Of a stretch of DNA of 64,000 nt, positions 31,927-45,937 are shown one piece after another. The stretch is from assembly GCF_003334785.1 (NCBI RefSeq), contig NZ_QOWV01000009.1; one strand, given 5' to 3'. The position numbers were made by a program, and so were the translations under genes. The notes under the pieces are model-generated. The model ran no database searches and was not told where the DNA came from. It was given only the letters and a program-made list of their open reading frames with translations. How positions within the stretch are numbered: the stretch's first letter is position 1; the number at the start of each line of letters is the position of its first letter. Source of the stretch: Escherichia coli. GTDB lineage: Bacteria > Pseudomonadota > Gammaproteobacteria > Enterobacterales > Enterobacteriaceae.

Positions 31927-33858
31927 TCAAATGGGGCGGATACTTTCTTCATCCAGCTCCGCATCGAAGAACCGACGCAGGGTCTGAATATTATTATCCG
32001 CAATAATGGACTCGCGCGCCTGCGCAAGTTTTTCTTCGTATATCGCCTGACGCCACTCCAGCGGCGTACGCACCGCGGGATTATCATCTTCAACGATAGT
32101 CAGTTCAACCGTTGAACCTTTTAACATGCTCAACGCTTCAGCCAGTTTTTGCTGTGCACCGCGGTTGTTCAAATGCCGCTGAGAGGAGCGCAAATGCAGA
32201 CATACTGCGTTGTCGCTCTCCTCTTTCCAGGCATTTAACGCCACCTGTTCGACCAGTTTTGGTAGCGAAAGTTGGCTCACCTGTGCCGCCCACGGGTCGC
32301 GCTCAATGGCTTCTGCCGCTAGCTTCGCCGCCAGTTCCGGCGTTTTTTCATGTTCCAGCGCTTTTTTCAGCGCCTTCGGCGTGGCGACCACTTCTTTTTG
32401 CTGCATCACCGGAGTGGTCGCCTTCCAGCGATACGCTTCTTTTTTGGCTGGCGCTTTTTCCAGCGCCGATGGCACCGGACGCGCCTGAACGCGATCGGTG
32501 ACCGAAGCCAGTCTTTCCAGCGCAGCGTTATTCACCGGCCGCGCGCGGGTAGCGGCTGCCGGTTCACTCTTTTTTGCTTTGGTTGCTCCCTGCACGCGCT
32601 GCAACTGCTGGCGCGCCGCCAGCACCTGGCTGGTGGTTTCCGGGAGCGGTACAGTCGGTGCCTGCTGCGGCGCTGATTGCGGTTGCGGCGGCACCTGGGT
32701 TGGCGTCATTACTGCCGTTGGCGCGACGGGTGCAAAGGACTGTCGTGGCACTTCTGGCTCAGGCAGCGGCATACGCGGATGGAATGCCAGCGCGCGCAGC
32801 AGCGTCATCTCAACGCCCATGCGACGGTCCGGCGCATACGGTAATTCTTTGCGACCAATCAACAGCGTCTGATAGTAAAGCTGAATATCCGTCGGCGGTA
32901 TGGTGCGCGCCAGTTCACGCATCCGCAGCTCGATGGCGGCCATGTCGTTGCCAAGTGCAGCAGGCGAAAGTTGTACCATCGCAATACGATGCAACAGGCC
33001 GAGCATTTCCACCAGCAACGCTTCCCACTCGATACCACGGGCAGCGGCTTCATTAATCAGCGCCATTACGCGCTCGCCGTTGGCCTCGACCATCGCTTCA
33101 ACCAGCGACAGCGCCTGATCGTCGTCAAGCGTACCCAGCATCGCACTGACCGCCTGGGTTGAAACCTGGCCGTCACCGCTGGCAATCGCCTGGTCGGTCA
33201 GACTTAAGGCATCTCGCAGGCTGCCTTCAGCGGCGCGTGCCAGCAATTGCAGCGCCCGCGGCTCGTGAGCGATATGTTCTTCGTTGAGGATGTGCTCAAG
33301 CTGATGGCGAATTTGCTCGACATCCAGCGCCTTGAGATGAAATTGCAGACAGCGTGACAAAATCGTCACCGGCAATTTCTGTGGATCGGTCGTCGCCAGC
33401 AGAAACTTAACGTGCTCCGGCGGCTCTTCAAGGGTTTTTAACAGTGCGTTAAAGCTGTGGCGCGACAGCATATGCACTTCGTCGATCAGATAAACTTTGA
33501 AACGACCACGCGCCGGAGCGTACTGGACGTTATCCAGCAGGTCGCGGGTATCTTCAACTTTGGTGCGCGAGGCGGCGTCGATTTCAATCAGATCGACAAA
33601 GCGCCCCTGCTCGATTTCACGACAGTTATCGCACACGCCGCACGGCGTCGCGGTAATGCCGGTTTCGCAGTTTAGCCCCTTCGCCAGCAGTCGGGCGATA
33701 GAGGTTTTTCCGACGCCACGGGTGCCGGAAAAAAGATAAGCATGATGAATACGCCCTAACGACAAGCCGTTCGCCAGTGCGGTCAGCACATGTTCCTGGC
33801 CGACGACGTCAGCAAAGGTTTGTGGGCGCCATTTTCGGGCTAAGACCTGATAACTCAT
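31927..33858 (-). CDS. dnaX: DNA polymerase III subunits tau (full length) and gamma (via -1 frameshift)
   Basis: AAA+ Walker A GTRGVGKTS; internal A AAA AAG slippery site at codons 428-430. Confidence 0.95.
   Translation of the reverse strand: MSYQVLARKWRPQTFADVVGQEHVLTALANGLSLGRIHHAYLFSGTRGVGKTSIARLLAKGLNCETGITATPCGVCDNCREIEQGRFVDLIEIDAASRTKVEDTRDLLDNVQYAPARGRFKVYLIDEVHMLSRHSFNALLKTLEEPPEHVKFLLATTDPQKLPVTILSRCLQFHLKALDVEQIRHQLEHILNEEHIAHEPRALQLLARAAEGSLRDALSLTDQAIASGDGQVSTQAVSAMLGTLDDDQALSLVEAMVEANGERVMALINEAAARGIEWEALLVEMLGLLHRIAMVQLSPAALGNDMAAIELRMRELARTIPPTDIQLYYQTLLIGRKELPYAPDRRMGVEMTLLRALAFHPRMPLPEPEVPRQSFAPVAPTAVMTPTQVPPQPQSAPQQAPTVPLPETTSQVLAARQQLQRVQGATKAKKSEPAAATRARPVNNAALERLASVTDRVQARPVPSALEKAPAKKEAYRWKATTPVMQQKEVVATPKALKKALEHEKTPELAAKLAAEAIERDPWAAQVSQLSLPKLVEQVALNAWKEESDNAVCLHLRSSQRHLNNRGAQQKLAEALSMLKGSTVELTIVEDDNPAVRTPLEWRQAIYEEKLAQARESIIADNNIQTLRRFFDAELDEESIRPI
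32564..32575 (-). other. dnaX: Programmed -1 ribosomal frameshift site in dnaX (A AAA AAG; -1 frame reads AAA AAA GAG TGA)
   Basis: Minus strand GCA AAA AAG AGT GAA at codons 428-432, followed by the GC-rich stem CCGGCAGCCGCTACCCGCGCGCGGCCGG. Confidence 0.9.
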
Positions 33859-33986
33859 TGGCAGGCTCTGAAACGCTGGAAGGTGGATTCACGAAGGGGT
33901 AATGCTAACACAGCCCCGTCAGAACGGCGAGGCTGAATGCACATCTTGTGCTGTCCGTAGCGTGGGCAGCACAAGACTGGCGATAA

Positions 33987-34538
33987 TTAATGGCCCGGGA
34001 ACGGGACAAGGCTGTAGCTGGTAATGCCCTGTTTTTCGAGACGCTGTTCGCCGCCGAGATCGAACAGGTTGATAATGAACGCAGCGTCAGCCACTTCACC
34101 ACCCAGACGACGGATCAGTTTAACGGTCGCTTCGATAGTGCCGCCGGTTGCCAGCAGGTCGTCCACCACCAGAACTTTGTCGCCCGGTTTGATGGCATCA
34201 ACGTGGATCTCCAGCTGATCGGTGCCGTATTCCAGGTCGTAAGTTTCACTGATGGTTTCACGCGGCAGTTTGCCCGGTTTACGGACCGGTACAAAGCCAA
34301 CGCCCAGACCCAGAGCTACCGGAGCGCCAAACAAGAAGCCACGCGCTTCGGTGCCGACAACTTTGGTAATGCCCGCATTTTTGTAACGCTCAACCAGCAA
34401 GTCGATGCTGAGAGCGTAAGCTTTCGGGTCTTCCAGTAAGCTGGTGACATCGCGGAAAAGAATGCCGGGTTTTGGGTAGTCCTGAATGCTTTTGATGCTA
34501 TTTTTGAGATACTCAAGCTGCTGTGCAGTCGCGGTCAT
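33987..34538 (-). CDS. apt: Adenine phosphoribosyltransferase
   Basis: PRPP-binding motif [13 protein letters not shown]; start at 34538 ([11 protein letters not shown]...). Confidence 0.93.
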
Positions 34539-34690
34539 AAGTGTATGCCTGCTTGTTACGGTGGTACTCACGGCGCGTTTTAAACGTATCAAAAGTAACA
34601 GTTGTTTAACCTTTGACCGCCTGCGCCTGTGCTCGAAAACGCCAGAATGTACTGGCTGTACGCAATAATTGCAACTGCGATTGTTGTGCT

Positions 34691-35068
34691 TCAGTGCTTT
34701 TCTTGCTTTTCATCAATCACCGGAATTCGCCACATATAGAAAAGCAAACAGGCGAGAATTACCAGCAACATGATGCGCACCCATGGCATCTGGACGAACC
34801 ACAGAGAAATGGCAAACGTGAGCAAAATAAGCAAAATCGCCCGCGGTTTGACGCCGCGCGGCATCGCATGATGTTTCTGCCAGAAACGTAGATAGCTGCC
34901 AAACCATGAGCGGTACAGCAACCAGGCGTGAAAGCGCGGGGAAGAACGGGCAAAGCACCAGGCCGCCAGCAGGATAAACGGCGTCGTCGGTAATACCGGT
35001 AATACCACGCCCAGCGTACCCAGCACTACCGCCAGCCAGCCAATGATGATTAAAATGATTCGTTGCAT
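34691..35068 (-). CDS. ybaN: DUF454-family inner membrane protein
   Basis: 125-aa hydrophobic protein, ORF track. Confidence 0.85.
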
Positions 35069-35137
35069 ATTGAGTGTTGTCAGCTTACAGAGTGGCTACT
35101 TTAGCATAACAATTATCATTTTCATTGAGGTCTTATC

Positions 35138-35665
35138 GTGAAAACCGCCCTGCTGCTGGAAAAACTGGAAGGACAGCTCGCTACGCTGCGTCAGCGTTGT
35201 GCCCCGGTGTCACAGTTCGCCACGCTAAGTGCTCGTTTCGACAGGCATCTTTTTCAGACTCGTGCGACAACACTACAGGCTTGTCTCGACGAGGCGGGCG
35301 ATAATCTGGCTGCGCTTCGTCATGCAGTTGAGCAGCAACAGCTGCCGCAAGTGGCCTGGCTGGCGGAACATCTGGCGGCACAACTGGAAGCCATCGCGCG
35401 TGAAGCCTCCGCCTGGTCATTGCGCGAGTGGGACAGTGCACCACCGAAAATTGCCCGCTGGCAGCGTAAACGTATTCAGCATCAGGATTTTGAGCGGCGG
35501 CTACGTGAGATGGTTGCCGAACGCAGAGCCCGTCTGGCGCGGGTGACCGATCTCGTGGAACAGCAAACGCTGCATCGTGAAGTGGAAGCCTATGAAGCGC
35601 GCCTGGCACGCTGCCGCCATGCGCTGGAAAAAATCGAAAACAGGTTAGCGCGTTTAACCCGCTAG
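35138..35665 (+). CDS. priC: Primosomal replication protein N'' (PriC)
   Basis: 175-aa basic helical protein, position and sequence consistent with PriC. Confidence 0.88.
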
Positions 35666-35678
35666 CAATGGAGAGAAT

Positions 35679-35840
35679 ATGTCACTGGAAAATGCCCCTG
35701 ACGATGTCAAACTGGCTGTCGATTTGATTGTGCTGCTGGAGGAAAATCAGATCCCTGCCAGTACCGTGCTGCGCGCGCTGGATATTGTAAAGCGTGATTA
35801 TGAAAAGAAATTAACGCGCGATGATGAGGCGGAAAAGTGA
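35679..35840 (+). CDS. ybaM: Small protein (53 aa), DUF2496 family
   Basis: ATG at 35679 preceded by GGAGAG RBS; reads [53 protein letters not shown]; below the 60-aa cutoff of the ORF track. Confidence 0.75.
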
Positions 35841-35892
35841 GAAATAAATGGGGTCGCTAAATGTCCCCTAAGGTTGCGGGCAAACGCAAAAC

Positions 35893-35982
35893 TGCCTGAT
35901 GCGCTACGCTTATCAGGCCTACACCGCTCCTGCAATATATTGAATTCTTGCGGTTTCGTAGGCCGGATAAGGCGGTCACGCC
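35893..35982. repeat. REP pair (BIME) between ybaM and mscK
   Basis: TGCCTGATGCGCTACGCTTATCAGGCCTAC ... GTAGGCCGGATAAGGCGGTCACGCCGCATCCGGCA. Confidence 0.85.
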
Positions 35983-36051
35983 GCATCCGGCATGAACAAC
36001 GCGCACTTTGTTAGCAATCTCGGGGCAACTAAATGTTGCCCCCTTTCGTTT

Positions 36052-39000
36052 TTACCCTACCGCTGGCGTCGGGTCATCGCCTTTGTAGTCGCGTTTTACT
36101 TCCGTCACCTCATCGCCCTTCTCGTTGTGCAGATGCACTTCAAGCTGGTTAAAGGCAATGTTGATGTCGTTTTCACGGCACAGCTGATCGATAGTACGGT
36201 TCAGCTCATCGACAGTACGACTACGGTCACGCAGTTCACGCACATACAGACGCAGCTCATGATCCAACGTGCTGGCACCAAATGCCGTAAAGAAGACTTC
36301 CGGCATTGGTTCGTGCATCACCCTTGGGTGCTCAGTCGCCGCCTTCAGTAACACTTTACGCACTTTTTCCAGATCGGAGCCATAGGCCACGCCGAGACGG
36401 ATCACCAGACGCGTAGTAGTGTCAGTCAACGACCAGTTGATCAGACGCTCGGTAACAAACGCTTTGTTCGGGATGATCACTTCTTTGCGATCGAAATCGG
36501 TAATCGTTGTCGCACGAATACGGATCTTACTTACCGTCCCCGAGAAGCTACCAATGGTTACCGTATCGCCAATACGCACCGGACGTTCGAATAGAATGAT
36601 CAAACCGGAGACGAAGTTACCGAAAATTTCTTGTAAACCAAAACCAAGACCTACGGATAATGCTGCGGCCAGCCACTGGAGTTTATCCCAAGAGACGCCC
36701 AGCGATCCGAACACCGTCATCGCACCAACAGCAATAATGATGTAGTTAAGGATGGTAGTAATGGCATACGACGCGCCCTGGCGCATATTCAGTCGCGAGA
36801 GCACCAGCACTTCCAGTAAACCAGGCAGGTTGCGAATCAACGCCCAGGCCACCATTGAGGCGATAATCGCAAACAACAGACTGCCCATGGTGACGTTTTT
36901 CACCACCGCAGCGCCAGCTTCAGTGCCGTTGTAATGCCAGAGCGTGATGCTGTCGAGATAGCTGAACACGGTGATCAAATCGGACCAAATTGCCCAGAAC
37001 ATGACACCGAACAGCGCAAACATCAGCAACATGGTAATACGCAGCGTCTGCTGGTTAACTTGCTCCAGTGCAATGGTGGGTTCTTCCGGCGGTTCAGCAC
37101 CTTCTGCGCCCTCTTTCACCAGATTCTGCCGACGCGCCAGCGCACGACGCCAGGCGATACGCCGCGCCGCTACGCTTAAGCCACGCAGTACCGTCTGGTA
37201 CAGCAGGTTCCAGATGATCACCAGATAAACGGTTTCAATCCAGCGTCCTGCCAGACGCAGCGTAGTGTAGAAGTAGCCTGTAGCAGTCAGCACCATCAGC
37301 GCAATCGGGATTATCGACAGCACGGTAATGGTGACCAGTCGCATGGTGTGCGACTCTTTATCACGCCAGCTTTCGCGGCACATCGGCCATACCAGGAAGG
37401 CAATCAGCAGCAGGTTGAAGAAAATCATCGCTTGCCCCAGCACATCATCCATCAGATGCAGCGGGGAAAGTTCTGCCACCACAGACCAGAAATGGATAGG
37501 CAGCAATGCGAGACTGATGCGGACAATTTGCCGACGCCAGTGGCTGGTCTGCTGTTCCGGCATGCCGAAGTGACGTACGGCAACGCCGTTTTTCTCCAGT
37601 ACCTTCCAGCACAGGCCAAACACCAGCCAGAATATCGCCAGTTTTTTGCTGAACGACCATAGCAGTTCGCTGATGTTGAGCTGCATGGTCAACAGAATCA
37701 GGCCAACCGCGAGAATAATCAGGCACACCGGCAGCGCACGGATCAGGTCGATAAGGATCGCTTTTGGTGTGTTGAGCTGGCTGTCGTTACGCAGGGAACC
37801 CACAGCGGAAGCCAGTTTTTGTTGATACGCTTTCAGCCAGCCCAGACGCCAGTGGATCAGCCCGGCAATCAACAGCAGCGGCAAACCAGCGAGGAAAGCG
37901 ATAAAAACGGCGGGCCAGGCTTTTTGCCAGTTCACCGTGATTTTCATCGACTTAAATTCATCTTTCAGGCTTTGCGGGAACGCTTTGATCCAGTCCCAGT
38001 CCATTGGACGGTTACTGTTCACCCAAAAGATTTGCTGAGTCAGGATGGATTTCAGGTTTTTCGACACACTCATTAACTGCTGCTGGTTGATTTGCAGGTT
38101 AATGGCCATCATCAGCTGGTTACCCAACTGTTTGTTGAGTTGATCCAGCAATTCGCGACGCATATCAACCACTTGCAATAACGCATCGTGAACTTCGCTG
38201 TTGACTTCGTTGGTGTGACCTTCTTCCAGTTTGTTGACGAACGCATCGCTCTGGAAGAGTGCATCACGCTGCTGGTTAACTTCAAACTGTTCGAGACGCA
38301 AATCCGCGATGCGGTTGGTCATGTTTTCCAGTTCATCCGCCGAGGGCAGCGTTTGTTGTTGCTGGTAAAGGATACGAGACAACAGCAGGCTGCCCTTCAG
38401 GACGGCAATCTGCTCTTTAATATTGCGTTCCGATTGCAGCGCCCGCTCCAGCCAGTTTTTGACTTTAATGTTTTGCTGCATCAACTGATTACCGTTTTCA
38501 GTCGCGGTAATCAGACGCTGACTTAACTGCTGGTTAATTTCCAGTTCCTGCTTCACCAGCGGATTAGCCTGAATACGCGCGGCTTCATCCGGGGAGACGG
38601 CTTCCTGCGCCGTTTTTTCGGTTAAAGTCAGGCGCTTGCTGTTTACCGCTTCTTGCAACAGTTGTAACTGGTGCTCCAGACGAGCGCTGTTCGCCGTCAC
38701 GTAATCACGTTGCTTTTGCAAGGTATCCTGCAAGACGGTGTTCCCTTCCAGGCTTTTACGCTGCTGGTCAATCTCCGCATTCAGCAACGCCTGCTGGGCC
38801 TGCATTAACACTTTCTGGCTGGGACGTAAGGCTGTCTCGCCGACATCAGTCCCATCCAGACGACTGCGAATTTGTTGCAGCTGCTGCGAAGCGTTATACA
38901 TCGCATTTTGCACGCGTTCGGGCTGCGTCTGTAACGAAACCAGCTGGCTGTTATAAGACGCCAGATCGTTTTGTGCGTTTTGCAAATCGTCCAGCGCCTG

Positions 39001-39414
39001 GGCAACGCGAGTTTCCAGCTGGCGCAACGACAGCGTGCTCAGAATTTTGCGCGTTTCTTCGTCGTTATCGACATCGCTAAGTGCTGTTAACGCCGCGGTC
39101 GCCTGGCGCATTTTTTCCGGCGCTTCAGCGACTTTTTGCCGTAGCTGAACTGTCTCTTCTTTTATGCGATCGATTTTATCGAGGGTGGCTAATGTATCTG
39201 TCAGATCCTGCTGCACCAGTTTGTCCTGAGCAGAAAGATCTTTTTGTTTATTTAGTGAGTCAAGTTGCGCCTGCAGGTCCGCTTTTGTCGGCAGATCACC
39301 ATTCGATGACGCCCGCGCAAACGCCGTGTTCTGGCATAACAAGACAAAAACAAAAGCAATAAATGCTGAAAAAACAAAATGCCGTGATCGTTTGTAATAC
39401 TGGAACATAGTCAT
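36052..39414 (-). CDS. mscK: K+-dependent mechanosensitive channel (MscS family, large periplasmic N-terminal domain)
   Basis: 1120 aa; coiled-coil periplasmic region, multiple TM helices and MscS-like C-terminal domain. Confidence 0.93.
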   Translation of the reverse strand: MTMFQYYKRSRHFVFSAFIAFVFVLLCQNTAFARASSNGDLPTKADLQAQLDSLNKQKDLSAQDKLVQQDLTDTLATLDKIDRIKEETVQLRQKVAEAPEKMRQATAALTALSDVDNDEETRKILSTLSLRQLETRVAQALDDLQNAQNDLASYNSQLVSLQTQPERVQNAMYNASQQLQQIRSRLDGTDVGETALRPSQKVLMQAQQALLNAEIDQQRKSLEGNTVLQDTLQKQRDYVTANSARLEHQLQLLQEAVNSKRLTLTEKTAQEAVSPDEAARIQANPLVKQELEINQQLSQRLITATENGNQLMQQNIKVKNWLERALQSERNIKEQIAVLKGSLLLSRILYQQQQTLPSADELENMTNRIADLRLEQFEVNQQRDALFQSDAFVNKLEEGHTNEVNSEVHDALLQVVDMRRELLDQLNKQLGNQLMMAINLQINQQQLMSVSKNLKSILTQQIFWVNSNRPMDWDWIKAFPQSLKDEFKSMKITVNWQKAWPAVFIAFLAGLPLLLIAGLIHWRLGWLKAYQQKLASAVGSLRNDSQLNTPKAILIDLIRALPVCLIILAVGLILLTMQLNISELLWSFSKKLAIFWLVFGLCWKVLEKNGVAVRHFGMPEQQTSHWRRQIVRISLALLPIHFWSVVAELSPLHLMDDVLGQAMIFFNLLLIAFLVWPMCRESWRDKESHTMRLVTITVLSIIPIALMVLTATGYFYTTLRLAGRWIETVYLVIIWNLLYQTVLRGLSVAARRIAWRRALARRQNLVKEGAEGAEPPEEPTIALEQVNQQTLRITMLLMFALFGVMFWAIWSDLITVFSYLDSITLWHYNGTEAGAAVVKNVTMGSLLFAIIASMVAWALIRNLPGLLEVLVLSRLNMRQGASYAITTILNYIIIAVGAMTVFGSLGVSWDKLQWLAAALSVGLGFGLQEIFGNFVSGLIILFERPVRIGDTVTIGSFSGTVSKIRIRATTITDFDRKEVIIPNKAFVTERLINWSLTDTTTRLVIRLGVAYGSDLEKVRKVLLKAATEHPRVMHEPMPEVFFTAFGASTLDHELRLYVRELRDRSRTVDELNRTIDQLCRENDINIAFNQLEVHLHNEKGDEVTEVKRDYKGDDPTPAVG

Positions 39415-39541
39415 GATGAATGAAGGTTTCTGAACCTGAAGAACGACCTGAAAAAGTCAAACCGCAAGAATATCACGACGCAGTGAACCAGAATAGCAAC
39501 GACGAAAATGTCCAGGAAAAATCCTGGAGTCAGATTCAGGG

Positions 39542-40189
39542 TTATTCGTTAGTGGCAGGATTACGAAGCGTGGGGCACAGGAGATACATCTCCAGTAAGA
39601 TGGCAACGTAATCGCGGGCTTCTTTTTTAAGATCAAAAGATTGCGGGGCAAAGAGCCAGTTTTCCATCAGGCCGGAAATATAGCCGCGCATAATAATTGC
39701 TGCGCGACGCGTCATTAAATCCGCAGGCAACATTTTCGCTTCAATACAATGTTTTAACGTTTGTTCTATACGGTCATAACTTTCCAGACAGAGATTACGT
39801 TGTGCCTGTTGCACAACAGCCATTTCTCCGACAAATTCGCATTTGTGGAATATAATCTCCATCAATAATCGACGCCGTTCTTCTGTCACCGTGGATTCAA
39901 GAACATGAATTAATATCTCTCTTAATACTGAGAGTGGATCGCCAGGGAATTTTGCCTGATACTCAAGCTCTAGTTCACCAATATTGGATTCTGACAGTTC
40001 CCAGATCTCACTGAACAAATCCGACTTGTCTTTAAAATGCCAGTAGATTGCACCGCGCGTAACGCCAGCTGCTTTTGCAATCTCGCCCAGCGAGGTGGAT
40101 GATACCCCCTGCTGTGAGAAAAGACGTAGAGCCACATCGAGGATGTGTTGGCGCGTTTCTTGCGCTTCTTGTTTGGTTTTTCGTGCCAT
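39542..40189 (-). CDS. acrR: TetR-family repressor of acrAB
   Basis: N-terminal TetR HTH; divergent from acrA across an operator palindrome. Confidence 0.93.
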
Positions 40190-40217
40190 ATGTTCGTGAA
40201 TTTACAGGCGTTAGATT

Positions 40218-40241
40218 TACATACATTTGTGAATGTATGTA
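40218..40241. promoter_or_regulatory. AcrR operator, 24-bp inverted repeat in the acrR-acrA divergent region
   Basis: TACATACATT-TGTG-AATGTATGTA, perfect 10-bp arms. Confidence 0.8.
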
Positions 40242-40330
40242 CCATAGCACGACGATAATATAAACGCAGCAATGGGTTTATTAACTTTTGACCATTGACC
40301 AATTTGAAATCGGACACTCGAGGTTTACAT

Positions 40331-41524
40331 ATGAACAAAAACAGAGGGTTTACGCCTCTGGCGGTCGTTCTGATGCTCTCAGGCAGCTTAGCCCTAACAG
40401 GATGTGACGACAAACAGGCCCAACAAGGTGGCCAGCAGATGCCCGCCGTTGGCGTAGTAACAGTCAAAACTGAACCTCTGCAGATCACAACCGAGCTTCC
40501 GGGTCGCACCAGTGCCTACCGGATCGCAGAAGTTCGTCCTCAAGTTAGCGGGATTATCCTGAAGCGTAATTTCAAAGAAGGTAGCGACATCGAAGCAGGT
40601 GTCTCTCTCTATCAGATTGATCCTGCGACCTATCAGGCGACATACGACAGTGCGAAAGGTGATCTGGCGAAAGCCCAGGCTGCAGCCAATATCGCGCAAT
40701 TGACGGTGAATCGTTATCAGAAACTGCTCGGTACTCAGTACATCAGTAAGCAAGAGTACGATCAGGCTCTGGCTGATGCGCAACAGGCGAATGCTGCGGT
40801 AACTGCGGCGAAAGCTGCCGTTGAAACTGCGCGGATCAATCTGGCTTACACCAAAGTCACCTCTCCGATTAGCGGTCGCATTGGTAAGTCGAACGTGACG
40901 GAAGGCGCATTGGTACAGAACGGTCAGGCGACTGCGCTGGCAACCGTGCAGCAACTTGATCCGATCTACGTTGATGTGACCCAGTCCAGCAACGACTTCC
41001 TGCGCCTGAAACAGGAACTGGCGAATGGCACGCTGAAACAAGAGAACGGCAAAGCCAAAGTGTCACTGATCACCAGTGACGGCATTAAGTTCCCGCAGGA
41101 CGGTACGCTGGAATTCTCTGACGTTACCGTTGATCAGACCACTGGGTCTATCACCCTACGCGCTATCTTCCCGAACCCGGATCACACTCTGCTGCCGGGT
41201 ATGTTCGTGCGCGCACGTCTGGAAGAAGGGCTTAATCCAAACGCTATTTTAGTCCCGCAACAGGGCGTAACCCGTACGCCGCGTGGCGATGCCACCGTAC
41301 TGGTAGTTGGCGCGGATGACAAAGTGGAAACCCGTCCGATCGTTGCAAGCCAGGCTATTGGCGATAAGTGGCTGGTGACAGAAGGTCTGAAAGCAGGCGA
41401 TCGCGTAGTAATAAGTGGGCTGCAGAAAGTGCGTCCTGGTGTCCAGGTAAAAGCACAAGAAGTTACCGCTGATAATAACCAGCAAGCCGCAAGCGGTGCT
41501 CAGCCTGAACAGTCCAAGTCTTAA
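40331..41524 (+). CDS. acrA: Multidrug efflux periplasmic adaptor (membrane fusion protein), lipoprotein
   Basis: Lipobox LALTGC; start at ATG 40331 (MNKNRGFTPLAVVL...). Confidence 0.95.
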   Translation: MNKNRGFTPLAVVLMLSGSLALTGCDDKQAQQGGQQMPAVGVVTVKTEPLQITTELPGRTSAYRIAEVRPQVSGIILKRNFKEGSDIEAGVSLYQIDPATYQATYDSAKGDLAKAQAAANIAQLTVNRYQKLLGTQYISKQEYDQALADAQQANAAVTAAKAAVETARINLAYTKVTSPISGRIGKSNVTEGALVQNGQATALATVQQLDPIYVDVTQSSNDFLRLKQELANGTLKQENGKAKVSLITSDGIKFPQDGTLEFSDVTVDQTTGSITLRAIFPNPDHTLLPGMFVRARLEEGLNPNAILVPQQGVTRTPRGDATVLVVGADDKVETRPIVASQAIGDKWLVTEGLKAGDRVVISGLQKVRPGVQVKAQEVTADNNQQAASGAQPEQSKS

Positions 41525-41543
41525 CTTAAACAGGAGCCGTTAA

Positions 41544-44696
<3,153 letters not shown>

Positions 44697-44713
44697 TACA
44701 ACGTGTAATCACT

Positions 44714-44738
44714 AAGGCCGCGTAAGCGGCCTTTTTTA
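44714..44738 (+). terminator. Intrinsic terminator downstream of acrB
   Basis: AGGCCGC-gtaa-GCGGCCT followed by TTTTTT. Confidence 0.8.
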
Positions 44739-45241
44739 TGCATAACCTACGAACATTAAGGAGTAATTGAACCACCAACTCAGGATCTCATACGAAAACC
44801 AGTATTAACCACGGATAAAATTCATAAAAAATACTGATTGTTAGTTAATTTATATTAAGTAGCGCTAATAGATTTAATAATCCATAATCATTTAGAGGCT
44901 ATTCTTAATTATTTGCGGTAATTCTTTATTCATTCCTCGGTTATTACGTCATATTCAGAGCAATCCTGGTATTAGTGTCACCAATTTCATCTGGCGATAA
45001 TCCTGAAATGTTATGAATAGTTCGAGCAAACTGCTTTTACCTGCTGCGGGTTAGTGCTAGTATGAAAAAGTGAGTCCTGTCCCGCTTCCTTCCTAATTGT
45101 AATTTTTCGTAATAATGCGATGAAAACCTGCAAAGAGTGGCTTATAGTTAAGCTAACAAACGAGAGGGCAAGTCCAGGTCAGTAAGTTTTTTCCATCCCG
45201 AAAGGTGTCCGTTAGTTCAACCGCTAAGAAGGGGACGCGTT

Positions 45242-45616
45242 ATGGATGAATACTCACCCAAAAGACATGATATCGCACAGCTTAAGTTTCTCTGTGAAAC
45301 CCTGTATCATGACTGCCTTGCAAACCTTGAAGAAAGCAATCATGGCTGGGTAAACGACCCAACCTCGGCGATCAACCTCCAGTTGAATGAACTGATTGAG
45401 CATATTGCGACCTTCGCACTTAATTACAAAATTAAGTATAATGAAGACAATAAGCTCATTGAGCAGATCGACGAATATCTGGATGACACCTTTATGTTGT
45501 TCAGTAGTTATGGTATTAATATGCAGGATCTTCAGAAATGGCGGAAGTCAGGTAATCGACTATTCCGTTGTTTTGTCAATGCGACGAAAGAGAATCCTGC
45601 GAGTTTATCTTGTTAG
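45242..45616 (+). CDS. tomB: Hha toxicity modulator
   Basis: 124 aa, immediately upstream of hha. Confidence 0.9.
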
Positions 45617-45641
45617 AATTATTACAACCATAGGTAGAAGT

Positions 45642-45860
45642 ATGTCCGAAAAACCTTTAACGAAAACCGATTATTTAATGCGTTTACGTCGTTGCCAGAC
45701 AATTGACACGCTGGAGCGTGTTATCGAGAAAAATAAATACGAATTATCAGATAATGAACTGGCGGTATTTTACTCAGCCGCAGATCACCGCCTCGCCGAA
45801 TTGACCATGAATAAACTGTACGACAAGATCCCTTCCTCAGTATGGAAATTTATTCGCTAA
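45642..45860 (+). CDS. hha: Hha haemolysin-expression-modulating protein (H-NS co-regulator)
   Basis: 72-aa product [72 protein letters not shown]; the track shows it only as the tail of a longer, wrongly extended ORF. Confidence 0.93.
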
Positions 45861-45937
45861 TAAATAATTCGCTTTCGGAGCTATAACCGGCTGTTTATTA
45901 AGAATTTTATACTTTTTCGCCATGAAGACATACCCTA

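Noticed and set aside
39415-39541. 63-aa plus-strand ORF (39420..39611) in the mscK-acrR spacer
   Set aside because: Short, overlaps the acrR 3' end on the opposite strand and the mscK 5' region, and has no RBS. Likely noise.
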